Shown piece after piece: positions 49,035-59,454 of a stretch of 64,000 nucleotides of DNA. Each line of letters begins with the position of its first letter. Position 1 is the stretch's first letter. This DNA comes from Sedimentisphaerales bacterium (GTDB lineage: Bacteria; Planctomycetota; Phycisphaerae; Sedimentisphaerales; Anaerobacaceae). The stretch covers positions 4,352,001-4,416,000 of the forward strand of contig OY970194.1 in NCBI GenBank assembly GCA_963708075.1, read 5' to 3'. The position numbers were made by a program, and so were the translations under genes. The notes beneath the pieces are model-generated. The model did no database searches and was not told the origin of the DNA. It worked only from the letters and a program-made list of their open reading frames with translations.

Positions 49035-50209
49035 TGAATCGATCCATCGTGCTTCTTCCTCGTATTAGCCCGAACGAGGATGCGGCGATCATCATCGAAT
49101 GGACCAAATCCGAGGGGGATCACGTACGCGCGGGGGAAGTGGTCTGCGCGGCGGAGACGACGAAGTCCCTCTTCGATGTGGAGGCGGATGCGGAAGGCTA
49201 TCTGTTCATCCTGATGCAGGCGGGGGCTGAGGCCGCCGTCGGACAACCACTGGCCGTCATTTCCAGCGACCAGCATGACACGCCGGAGGCAATCCACGCA
49301 TGGATCGCCAGTACGGCATCCCCATCGGCTTCGCCGTCCGATACGAGAGCGGAGCGGACCTGGACACAGAAGGCGGAGCTCCTTGCGCACCGTCACGGGA
49401 TCGATCTGGCCCAGGTGCCATCAAGCGGAGGAAGAATCGGCGAGTCGGATGTCCTGGCCTACCTGGAAAGCCGAGCGGGCCGACCCGCCGCGGCCGCACA
49501 GGAACATCGGGACATCGTGGATGGCACGTACCAAACCGGACGAGTGGATCGCCTGCTCATTGTCGGCGGCGGGGATGGCGCGGTGCAGCTCCTGGATGCC
49601 ATTTTCAAATCAGGCAAGCAACGTGCAGTGGCTATCCTGGACGACAACGCGAGCTTGCACGGCAAGACCATCATGGGGGTGCCTGTCGTCGGGCCGATTC
49701 AGGAAGACCTGGTGGCCGGCATGCTGGAGAAGGACGAATTCGATCACGCCGTGATTTCCATCAGTACGCTCATCCCGCTTCGCCGACGGATTTTCGAGCA
49801 ATTGACGCGCAGAGGCGTGCCCTTTGCAAATGTGATTCACCCCACCGCCTGCATCGGCGCCAATGTGAGCATTGGCCGCGGGAACGTCATCCTCGGCTTC
49901 TGCCATATCGGGGCCTGCGCCACCATCGGCGACAACAACTTCCTCAGCGCATACGTGAGCATCGAGCATCACAACGAGATTGCCAACCACTGCAGCTACG
50001 GACCTGCGGTGGTGGCGTCGAGCCGGGTCAAGGTGGGCGACTGCACCCGTTTCGGAACGGGCGTATTCATGGAGCCCAAGATCAGCATCGGAGCCAATTC
50101 GGTGATCGGCTCCGGCTGCATCCTGCGAGGCAACGTCCCCGCCGATTCGGTGGTCCGGACCCAATTGAACTACGTGACACGACCATTAAGACCAATCGAG
50201 CAACCATAG
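49034..50209 (+). CDS. Lipoyl domain + peripheral subunit-binding domain + NeuD/PglD-type left-handed beta-helix sugar acyltransferase fusion
   Basis: EGDHV..AETTKSLFDVEADAEG (lipoyl-Lys); GIDLAQV..GGRIGESDV; IVGGGDG, ILDDN, NVIHPTA, IEHHN, hexapeptide repeats. Confidence 0.85.
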   Translation: MNRSIVLLPRISPNEDAAIIIEWTKSEGDHVRAGEVVCAAETTKSLFDVEADAEGYLFILMQAGAEAAVGQPLAVISSDQHDTPEAIHAWIASTASPSASPSDTRAERTWTQKAELLAHRHGIDLAQVPSSGGRIGESDVLAYLESRAGRPAAAAQEHRDIVDGTYQTGRVDRLLIVGGGDGAVQLLDAIFKSGKQRAVAILDDNASLHGKTIMGVPVVGPIQEDLVAGMLEKDEFDHAVISISTLIPLRRRIFEQLTRRGVPFANVIHPTACIGANVSIGRGNVILGFCHIGACATIGDNNFLSAYVSIEHHNEIANHCSYGPAVVASSRVKVGDCTRFGTGVFMEPKISIGANSVIGSGCILRGNVPADSVVRTQLNYVTRPLRPIEQP

Positions 50210-50231
50210 GAGACCGCAAAGGAGGAGTCAT

Positions 50232-51378
50232 ATGATGCATGTACCGCTTCTTGACCTCGGTGCACAGTACAGGTCGATTCGTGACGAGCTTACCCCGGCC
50301 CTGCAAAGTGTGCTGGAGAGCACAGCGTTTGCGGGCGGGCCGTTTGTGGCCACGTTCGAGAAGGAGTTCGCCGCCTACTGCGGGTGCGAGCAGGCCCTCG
50401 GGGTCAGCAGCGGCACGTCCGCGCTCTGGCTTGCCCTTGTCGGACTCGGCGTAGGGGCCGGCGACGAGGTCATCACGACCCCGAATACATTCATCGCCAC
50501 AGCCGAAGCCATCAGCTTCTGCGGCGCTACCCCGGTGTTCGTCGATGTGGACCCTGAGAACCTGTACGATGGACCCGGACCTTCTGGAGCCCGCGATCAC
50601 TTACCGCACAAAAGCTATCATTCCCGTTCATCTGTACGGTCAACCAGCGGACATGGACCCGATCCTCGCCGTGGCCAGGCGCCACGGGCTGCTCGTCATC
50701 GAGGATGCCTGCCAGGCACACGGGGCCGAGTACAAGGGCCGAAAGGCCGGCACACTCGGCGACGCAGGCTGCTTCAGTTTCTACCCGGGCAAGAACTTGG
50801 GAGCCTACGGCGAGGCGGGCGCGGTGGTCACGAACGATGCCGAACTGGCCCAGAAGATCCGCATGCTTCGCGACCACGGCCAGAGCGAGAAATACAAGCA
50901 CGCCGTGATCGGCTGGAATGACCGCATGGACGGCCTGCAGGGCGCGGTCCTGAGCGTCAAACTCAGGCATCTCGACGAGTGGAACGATGCCCGACGGGAG
51001 CGCGCCGGTTTCTACGACGAGCTCCTGGAGGATTTGCCGCACATCGTGCTTCCCCGCGAGGCCCCCTATGCCCGGCACGTCTACCATATCTTCGCCGTCC
51101 GCGTGCCGAATCGGGACAAATTCCTTGCAGCACTGAATAATTGGGGCATCGGATGCGCGATTCATTATCCCGTGCCCATCCACCTCCAAAAGGCCTACGA
51201 ATTCCTCGGCTATCGAAAGGGCAGCTTCCCCGTAGCGGAGAGAATCGCCCAGGAGGTCCTCTCCCTCCCCATGTACCCCGAGATGACGATACGACAACTG
51301 GAGACGGTCGCCGATGCGCTCGCATCTCTGCTGAGAACGCGGGAGTTCTCCGCCCCGACCCCGGCTCATGCCATATAG
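50232..51378 (+). CDS. DegT/DnrJ/EryC1/StrS NDP-sugar aminotransferase; +1 frameshift at 50556-50562
   Basis: SGTSAL, NTFIAT, PVHLYGQ, EDACQAHG, SFYPGKNLG, LSLPMYP. Joins if GAGAACC is read as GAGACC (DPETCTMDP). Confidence 0.9.
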
Positions 51379-51384
51379 CCGCGC

Positions 51385-53112
51385 TTAGCGGGCGGGGAAA
51401 CGCAGCAGGGTGATGCTCAGCGGGGCCACCTGCAATGAAGGGTCGTGGCGCACCGGCTGTTCCACAATCTTCACCTGTTCGCCGCCATTGTCGTTGGTCC
51501 ACGAGGGATCGACCTTCCACATCGCCTCGGCCACCTGATTATGCTTGAGCGTGTACTGGCTCAATTGCATGAAGCCCAATTGCCAGGGGCCCCACATCTC
51601 ATTTCCCACGCACCAGTACTTCACGCTATACGGCTTGGCATGGCCATTCTTCGCGCGCCAACTTCCGCCGACCGTATCGGCCGACCCGTTACAGTATTCG
51701 ACCTCTTGAGCGGCCGAATAGGCATCGCCGAAGCCGGTATTCACTGCGATCACAGGCTCGGTCCCCACCTCGCGGCAGAAATCGATGAACTCATCCAGCC
51801 CGAAATCGTTGTGCTCGACGCCGGTCCATGCGGGGTTCTTGCGAGGCGGCCGACGGTCGCGGTCGCCGATGCCGTCACGCCAGTCGTAACCGCTGACGAA
51901 ATTACCGCCGGGCCAGCGATACATCGTCCCGCCGAGTTGCCGGAGCCGCTTGAGCGTGTCGGCCCGCATGCCACGGATGTTGTCGGCGAGCATGAGGGAG
52001 GCTGTGCCGATCAGCACCTCGCCTCGTGTGACACGGATCTCCAGCATCGCCTTGTCCGCATCTGCACCGGCGGTGAATTTCAATGGATGCTTGCGGTACT
52101 TGCGATTGAGGCCGTCGATGCGAATGGTCTTACGGGCATTGGCCCCCTCGCCCCAGACCAGCGTGACATCCACCGAGGCCGTGGACCTCGGCGCAGCCAG
52201 CCAGATATAGCCAACGTAGTCTTTGCCCTTCACAACGCCCAGGTCGCGCTGTCGAAGGCCAGCGCCGGAGCGGACCTGGGGCGTGTGCTTGCCCACAAAC
52301 GGGTCCTTCTCCACCATGGTCACCGCCTCCGCCGGCCCGATGATCTCCCATGGCGACGCACCGACGACCGGGAACGGCGTATCCGTCAACTCGCGGTAGG
52401 GCTTGTACTCGGCGGTGATCGGGAAGTAGAACTTGCGGTCTTCGAGCATCTCGGCCCAGATGCCGCCGTAGATGCACCGGCCCAGGTGCTCGATGAATTG
52501 GCCGTAGATGAACGGGTTGATCGGCGAGCCTGAACGATCCGTACGAAGCGTCACAACAGGCACAAAGCCCGTCAGGTCGAGCTTCTCCAGACTGACATCA
52601 TCGAACCACGCCTGTCCCGTGGATTGGCCCCAGCCGCCGAGGAGGCAGTGGACGCTGATCTGACGCTGGTCGCCGGTGCGCACCAGGCTCTCAACACGAG
52701 TCCACCCTGCGGAGCCTGTGACGGCGGTTGTACGGGCACTCCCCTGCAACTCATGGACATTCAGCAGCGCTCCACGTCCGGACCCACTCTTGAGGCCCTC
52801 GGTTCGAATCCAACCCGAGAGTCGATACGTGCTGTTCGGCTCCACCTCGATCCTGGCCACCCAACACACGTCTCCGCCTTTGTCGGACCGAATCGTGACA
52901 CACTTGCCGCCCGTTCTGCCGCCATCGACGCAGCGGAACCGGCCCTCGCCGCCCCATGTGTGCGGGGTCCACCCGATCGGCTGATCACCACCCTGCTCGA
53001 ACGAGGGGTTGGGCAGGAGATTCGGCCCTTGCGCGGAAACGGACACGGTGGGCACACTCTGCGATAGCAGCATTGTGACGAGCCATCCGATGGTACAGCA
53101 CATCTGTCTCAT
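51385..53112 (-). pseudogene. GH51 alpha-L-arabinofuranosidase-like with N-terminal CBM-like domain; apparent large in-frame internal deletion
   Basis: YGQFIEHLGRCIYGG, RWPGGNF, ENDFG-like EHNDFG, WCVGNEMWG. About 26 aa later the sequence jumps to a C-terminal tail (VAPLSITLL). Confidence 0.7.
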
Positions 53113-53293
53113 TGAGCGACCTCCTGTGCCATGAAAGGAAGTGTAATCCCGAAACGAGTATGTCCCTGCTCTCACAATGAAACGAGCGTTCGACCGGACC
53201 TTTATAACGCAAAGGCGGGGCTTGTGCCAGTTGTCTGGCACAGGCCCCGCCAGGAATCCAAGTCATGGGGGAGACCGTGTGAGCTTACCGCCC

Positions 53294-56200
53294 TTACGGA
53301 GCAACCGCGGCGGAGCGGCCGAATCCGATATCATCGATGAAGAGTGTGCCGGTGCCAGTTGCCGAGGTTTTCTTGCGGTCGCCCACGCCGATGTACATTG
53401 TCTTAATTGCCGTGACATTGACTCCGCCGCTGCGGAGATCAGCCAGCGGAATGTTCCATGCCTGCCACGCATTCTGTAGCACCGCATCCGCATCCGGGTG
53501 ATTCACAACCATGGTGTGACCGGCGCTATCCTTCAGAGCAAGGTAGAGATTGTCGCGGTCGTTCAACTTGTGGTCGATGCCGATCTCGGCAAACTGCCAT
53601 GCCCCGGTTGCCCCGACACTTGTTGAGGCATTCGAGAACACGCCGGTGGTTCCCCTGCTGACATTGTGGCTGGTCACCGCGAGGCCGACATAGATGGTCC
53701 CCGCCATGCTGATCGTCTGGGGATTCCACGACATCGCCGTCCACTTGGAGCCATCTGTCGAGTAGTAGGCGCTAAACGCGCTGCCGACGCGTTCCATCTT
53801 CACCCACACGGGAGCCTGCAACGCGATCTGCTCTGCCGTCGCCACGCTCGTGTCGCTCGTCGCCGAGGCGGCGGCCGTCAATCTCGCCTGGAATCGCACG
53901 CCGTTTCCAGGCGTTGCGTATACACCGGCAAACTGCGCGTCCGGCGACAGGCTCTGGCGAATCATCACGCCGGCCTTGGCCCAGGGATCGGTATTCTCAA
54001 TGCTGTCCACCCGGGCGATGATCGAGCCGTCGCCGTTGAGCGACTTGTAGGCGAAGGTGAATTGATCGGCGGTGCCGAAGATGTCCGACCCGCCCGCACC
54101 CATGGTGATACTGCCGGATGGGCTCTGGATGAACCCGACCGGATTGCCCTGGAACCATACCTGGAGAGTGTCGGCGCCGTTGAGCGTCCAGTTCTGAGGC
54201 GTCTCCCAGATCCGCTCGATTTCCGAGTAGTACGGTGAATTGACGTTGTTGTACTCCACGGGCATCGACTGCTTGCCACCGTGGATGATCACAGTCTCCA
54301 TAATGGAGCCGACCTCGGGATTATAGCCGATCATCGAGCCGGTTGAGTTGCCCGGGTTACCCGTCGGGAAGAACTCGTCCTCGGAGAAGCCCCAGCCGTC
54401 GATCCAGGTCTGGAAGACCCGGTTCGGCGACTCATTCGTGTAGCTCTCGAAGTCGTCGATGGGGAAGTACTCCAGCGTGGAGAAACTCCACACGTCGCCT
54501 TCCCATGCACTGGGGGTCACCGCCTGGTTGACCTCCACGACCTTCCAGTAGTAGGTCTTTCCCACCTCAAGGTTGAGCGAGGCCGGATCATAGCTGTTCG
54601 GGCTCACTGTACCCACCAGGGCTGTACTATCCACCACCGCCTGCCTGTCGGCACTGAAGTATACCTCGTGTGATGCGGCGTCCCTTCCCCCTCGCCAGCT
54701 CAGGACCGCATTGGGGTTCACGCCGGTTCCGCCCGAGGCGGGTACCGGCTCGGTGGCGTGGGCCGGGATGTAGAAGAACTTCACTTCGCTCAGACCATAT
54801 TGCTTCGTGACATCGGCCCAGTTGCTCGTGGGAGTCAGCTTAACGTACATGGCCGCTACACCGCGGAAATCCAGGGTCGTATTCTGAGCGTAGCCTTCCG
54901 CAGATGTGCCCTGGGCAAATTCGAAATCGCCCAGCGGCAGCCAATCCGTGCCGTTGACGGAGTACTCTACCGTGACGGCCTTGAAGCCCGCGCCGAGAAC
55001 GGACTCGATGCCTATGTTATAGTTCCAAATCCGCATCTCGTGGAGCTTATAGACTCTGTCGAACTGGTACTCAATCCAGGTGGGCTGTGGACCGCCCTTG
55101 GCGCTGAGCCACATGGTCTTATCCACCGTCGAGTGCAGGCCGTTGTCATCCAGTCCCGAGCCATTGACCGTATTCTCCGGCCCTCCCGACGCGCTGGAGC
55201 TCGATGCCGTGGCAACGATGTTCTTGACTTCGCGGGCGAAGGGCTCGACCGTGAAGCTCCAGACAGCGCCCGTGTGCACCATAGAATCAGGCGGGCCATT
55301 GACCTCATCGACGCGCCAGTAGTACGTCCGGCCATACTCAAGGTGGCCGGGCGGGTCGTAGCTGTTGGCATCCTGATGTAAGCTCATCAGCACCGTCGGT
55401 GAGCCACCGGCACCGGCGGCGCTGACGCTCTCCAGGGAGGTCCCGAAGTACACGTCGTGCGCCACAGCGACGCTCGCCGGACTCCAGCCCAGGACCACAT
55501 CGCGACAGACATCCGTCGCCTCGTCCGCCGGATTCGGGTCACGAGCCTGCGCCGGCGCGGCTCCGACCTCGCCCTCCAGCTTCGCTCCTCCCTGGCCGGT
55601 GTTCCAGTCCACTTCGCGAATCATGGCGCTCTGACCCACCGGAGCAGACAACAGCAGGACGATGATCCCATCCGTATCGGTATTGACGAAATCCGCAAGG
55701 GCCTGACTCGTCGGGCTTGACGCCCTTACGTCCACCGCCGGCGTGCGAAAGCTCAGCAGCGGGCCGACGAGGTCGGCCATATCAAGCTCCACGGGGGCGC
55801 TGAGAGCCGGAGCCGGATCATTCTTGACTCCGGGTGCCGTGTTCCACGTGAGATTCTGAAAATCTGCGACCGTGTGATCCTGACTCTCAATGACCCCGTA
55901 TACATCCACGTCGCCGGCGCCATACCCGTACACGCTGATGCTCACGTTGGAGACGACGCCCCCGCTGCTTCGAATCGAGGAGATGTCGAACTTGAGAAAT
56001 CCCACCCGCCGCCTGGGTGCGTCGATGTTCCGGATATGGATCGCGGGCGTATTGTAGACGGTGCTGGGCCCATACTGGGAATCATTGCACACGTGCCCAT
56101 CATCGACCACCAACAGACTGAAGGGCGTGGCTCCCCAAAGACCACTGCCCAGGCTCAGCAACGTAACAAGGCAGACTGCGAATACACGCGGTTTCGACAT
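53294..56200 (-). CDS. Secreted modular protein: variable N-domain + Ig-like repeats + discoidin-like + beta-sandwich scaffold
   Basis: Signal peptide, GGAGG RBS; HDVYFG, YYWRVDE, VWSF, GLSEV, DDFESY, WAKAGVMIR. Confidence 0.75.
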   Translation of the reverse strand: MSKPRVFAVCLVTLLSLGSGLWGATPFSLLVVDDGHVCNDSQYGPSTVYNTPAIHIRNIDAPRRRVGFLKFDISSIRSSGGVVSNVSISVYGYGAGDVDVYGVIESQDHTVADFQNLTWNTAPGVKNDPAPALSAPVELDMADLVGPLLSFRTPAVDVRASSPTSQALADFVNTDTDGIIVLLLSAPVGQSAMIREVDWNTGQGGAKLEGEVGAAPAQARDPNPADEATDVCRDVVLGWSPASVAVAHDVYFGTSLESVSAAGAGGSPTVLMSLHQDANSYDPPGHLEYGRTYYWRVDEVNGPPDSMVHTGAVWSFTVEPFAREVKNIVATASSSSASGGPENTVNGSGLDDNGLHSTVDKTMWLSAKGGPQPTWIEYQFDRVYKLHEMRIWNYNIGIESVLGAGFKAVTVEYSVNGTDWLPLGDFEFAQGTSAEGYAQNTTLDFRGVAAMYVKLTPTSNWADVTKQYGLSEVKFFYIPAHATEPVPASGGTGVNPNAVLSWRGGRDAASHEVYFSADRQAVVDSTALVGTVSPNSYDPASLNLEVGKTYYWKVVEVNQAVTPSAWEGDVWSFSTLEYFPIDDFESYTNESPNRVFQTWIDGWGFSEDEFFPTGNPGNSTGSMIGYNPEVGSIMETVIIHGGKQSMPVEYNNVNSPYYSEIERIWETPQNWTLNGADTLQVWFQGNPVGFIQSPSGSITMGAGGSDIFGTADQFTFAYKSLNGDGSIIARVDSIENTDPWAKAGVMIRQSLSPDAQFAGVYATPGNGVRFQARLTAAASATSDTSVATAEQIALQAPVWVKMERVGSAFSAYYSTDGSKWTAMSWNPQTISMAGTIYVGLAVTSHNVSRGTTGVFSNASTSVGATGAWQFAEIGIDHKLNDRDNLYLALKDSAGHTMVVNHPDADAVLQNAWQAWNIPLADLRSGGVNVTAIKTMYIGVGDRKKTSATGTGTLFIDDIGFGRSAAVAP

Positions 56201-56245
56201 ACCACAATCCTCCGAAAATACAAGACCTTTCACACGTCTTCCACC

Positions 56246-59101
56246 CTACGGGGCAGTCGCGGGCCGACCGAACCCGATATCGTCAATGAACAACAATCCC
56301 GCCCCGCCGGCGGATGCGTTCTTGCGATCGCCGACGCCGATGAACATCTTCTTGATCCCCTTGGTATCGACGCCCGATTTGCGGAAATCAGCCAGCGGGA
56401 TATTCCACTCCTGCCAGGTGTCCAGCAGCACGGCATCCGGATTCGGATGAGTCACGACGCCGGTGTGTCCGGCGCTGTCCTGCAGAACGACATACAGGCT
56501 GCCCCGGTCGTTGAGCAGATGGTCCACCCCAATCTCGGCGAATTTCCACGCGCCGCTGACACCGCCGCTTGTGGCGGCATTGGAGAACTGGGCCGTGCAG
56601 CCGACTCCGGCCGCATGGCTGGTCAACGCCAGACCGACGAATACGTTCGCGGTCATTGGAATCGACAGAGATGACGGCGACGCCGGATCCGTCGGCTCGA
56701 CCATGGGCTCCCACTTGACTCCGTCGCTCGAATGAGCGGCCGTGATCGTGTCGCCGTCACGGGTGATTCGGAGCCAGTGCGGCAAGGTGATCGCGCCGGG
56801 GTCGCTGCGCGTGCTGTCGGAGGTGCCCATGAGCTGCTGGCGGTACTGCCAGCCGACACGGCCGTCGGGCGTAACATAGGCCATCCCGTTCTTGGAATCG
56901 GCGCCAAGGTTGTCGCGAATCATCACGCCGGCCTTGGCCCACACATCGGTCTGCTCCACGCTATCGACGCGGACGGTGATCGAGCCATTGCCGTTGAGCG
57001 GCTTGTAGGCATAGGTGAATTCGTCGGCGACGTCGAAGATGTCCGCCCCGGCGGCACTCATGGTGATGGTTCCCGCCTTCTCTTCGAAGCCGATCGGATT
57101 GCCCCGGAAGAAGACCTGCAGCGTGTCGGAGCCGTAGACTGTCCAATCCTGGGGCGTGTCAAAGGTCCGCTCGGCCTCGGAATAGTACGGCTGATTGACG
57201 TTGTTGTATTCCAGCGGCATGGCCTGCCTGCCGCCATGGATAATGGTCTTCTCCAGGGTCGCGCCTGCCTCAGGATCATAGCCGACCATGGAGCCCGTGT
57301 TGTTGCCGGGATTGCCCTTGGGGAAGTACGGGTCCTCCGAGAAGCCCCAGCCGTCAATCCAGGTCTGGAAGACCCGGTTCGGCGAGTCATCCGTGTAGCC
57401 CTCGAAATCATCCACGAGGAAGAAGCTCAGCGTGGAGAAGCTCCAGACGCTGCCCGGCCATGCGCCGGGGCTGGCAGCCTCGTTCACCTCGACCACTTTC
57501 CAGTAATAGGTCTTGCTCAGCTCGATGGCCGAAGGCGTGTAGCGTGCCTCAGTCGGTTTGCCGGCCAGAGCCACCCCGTCTGCCACGGCCTGGCTATCCG
57601 TGCTGAGGTACACCTCGTGCACGGCAGCTTCTCGTCCCGGCCGCCAGCTCAGGACGACATCCGGATTCACACCCGTCGCTCCGGAAGCCGGATTCGGCTG
57701 CCGGGGCTGGGCCGCGATGTAGTAGAATCGCACCTCGCTCAGGCCGTACTGGATGATCCCTCTGTCACCCCAGTTGCTCTTGATCGTCAGCCGAACATGC
57801 TTGGCCGCCACGCCGTCAAAGCTCACGGTCGTGTTGAACGCATATCCCTCCTCGCCCGGGGCTTGGGCGAACTGCCTGTCGCCAAGCGACATCCAGTCCG
57901 TGCCGTTGACGGAGTACTCCACGGTGACATCCTTGACGCCGAAACCGGCGATGGACTCGACCGAGATGTTATAGTTCCACACGCGCATCTCGTGCAGCTT
58001 GTAGATCCCGTCGAACTCGTACTGAATCCAGGTCGGCGCCGGAGCGTCCTTCACGCTGAGCCACATCGTGGTATCGACCATCGAATGCTGCTCACTGGCG
58101 TTCATCCCGGACCCGTTGACCGTGTTCTGAGGCGTCAAGCCCTCTTTGGTGGTGGAGGCTGTGGCGGTGATGTTCGCCATCAGGTACATGAACGGCTCGA
58201 CGGTGAAGCTCCACACGCCGCCTCTGTGAATCGTGGAATCCGGGGGTGCATTGACCTCATCGATCCGCCAGTAATAGGTCTTGTCGAGTTCGAGCCGTCC
58301 GGGCGGGTCATAGGTGTTGGCGTCTTGTCCCTGGCTCACCAGTACGCCCAGAGGATTCGCCCTGCTGGCGTTGGTCACGTCGGCGAGGACCGTCCCGAAA
58401 TAGACGTCGTGCGTCACGGCAAAAGGCCCGGGCTTCCAGCCAAGGATTACCTCCCTCGGCACATCCGTTGCACCACCGGCCGGACTGGGGACCAGGGCGC
58501 TGGCCGGCACGCCGCGAGGGCTTTCCGCCGGACCGTCGCCCTCGGGCGTGAAGTCCGGATTCGTCGTCACGACAATCTTGTCGACGATCAGACCATCCTC
58601 ACGCACCCAGAGATTCAGGGTATGCGTACCGGGGGTGGTAATGTCAAGCGTAGCCCGCCCGCCGGAGCGATTGTTGGACCACGCGTAGACAACGTTCCAG
58701 CCGCTCATCCACTCAGCGGTCAGGGTCTCCTTGCCGTCCAGGCCCACGTGGCAGGAATCGTCGTTGCCCGTGGCGCCGAAGGCCCGCACCCACACATAGT
58801 GCGTCCCGGTCGTGACGAAATTGATCTGATAGCCCAGGCTCGGGGATGACGCGGCATACCCCGTCTTGATGACGCCTGCGCCATTGCATTGCATGCCTTT
58901 GACGCCGGTGAAACCGCCCGTCGGCCCGACCTCCACCCATTTCACCGTGCCCTTGGCGATGTTCTCATCGAAGTGCTCTGCCTCCATGGACACCATGCCA
59001 CCGGCCCCCCCATCCTGCTGGAATGGCTTGGCGGCTTGCACCCTTGTGCCCACGACGAACAACAAAGCCAGACAGGTAAGATAGAACGACGGCTTACACA
59101 T
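56246..59101 (-). CDS. Tandem paralog of the previous gene with a different (CBM-like, MEAEH) N-terminal domain
   Basis: Same scaffold motifs; GAGGAGG RBS; N-domain VSMEAEHF..REDGLIVDKI. Confidence 0.75.
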   Translation of the reverse strand: MCKPSFYLTCLALLFVVGTRVQAAKPFQQDGGAGGMVSMEAEHFDENIAKGTVKWVEVGPTGGFTGVKGMQCNGAGVIKTGYAASSPSLGYQINFVTTGTHYVWVRAFGATGNDDSCHVGLDGKETLTAEWMSGWNVVYAWSNNRSGGRATLDITTPGTHTLNLWVREDGLIVDKIVVTTNPDFTPEGDGPAESPRGVPASALVPSPAGGATDVPREVILGWKPGPFAVTHDVYFGTVLADVTNASRANPLGVLVSQGQDANTYDPPGRLELDKTYYWRIDEVNAPPDSTIHRGGVWSFTVEPFMYLMANITATASTTKEGLTPQNTVNGSGMNASEQHSMVDTTMWLSVKDAPAPTWIQYEFDGIYKLHEMRVWNYNISVESIAGFGVKDVTVEYSVNGTDWMSLGDRQFAQAPGEEGYAFNTTVSFDGVAAKHVRLTIKSNWGDRGIIQYGLSEVRFYYIAAQPRQPNPASGATGVNPDVVLSWRPGREAAVHEVYLSTDSQAVADGVALAGKPTEARYTPSAIELSKTYYWKVVEVNEAASPGAWPGSVWSFSTLSFFLVDDFEGYTDDSPNRVFQTWIDGWGFSEDPYFPKGNPGNNTGSMVGYDPEAGATLEKTIIHGGRQAMPLEYNNVNQPYYSEAERTFDTPQDWTVYGSDTLQVFFRGNPIGFEEKAGTITMSAAGADIFDVADEFTYAYKPLNGNGSITVRVDSVEQTDVWAKAGVMIRDNLGADSKNGMAYVTPDGRVGWQYRQQLMGTSDSTRSDPGAITLPHWLRITRDGDTITAAHSSDGVKWEPMVEPTDPASPSSLSIPMTANVFVGLALTSHAAGVGCTAQFSNAATSGGVSGAWKFAEIGVDHLLNDRGSLYVVLQDSAGHTGVVTHPNPDAVLLDTWQEWNIPLADFRKSGVDTKGIKKMFIGVGDRKNASAGGAGLLFIDDIGFGRPATAP

Positions 59102-59454
59102 GGCAGTCCTCCTCTGGTTCAAGATTGCATCACCAACGCCCGTAGCCCGACGCAGCGCGCCGGCATCAGATCATACGGCCTTCATTGTACAGAATGCCCC
59201 CCCTGGCGTCAATCCACGGGGAGGCATTGCATGAGATGGGGCCTGTCCCGGAAGGAGGGCTCGGTCCAGGCCCCGTGCCGATACGCGACTGTACTTATCC
59301 ACCGAAACCTGCCGCCCTGAAACGTCACTGTGCTGTGTCCTCCGGATGTCACTGCTCTTTGCGAATAGGGCCGACTTGGTAGCACCATCTCCATTATCGG
59401 GATTCCATGGCACCCGGGCAACGCAGGATTGCGTTTTTCTTTCACCAATTTGCG

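Noticed and set aside
47087..50209. Housekeeping pyruvate or branched-chain oxo-acid dehydrogenase
   Set aside because: No E2 catalytic domain or E3, and the genes are embedded in a sugar-nucleotide operon.
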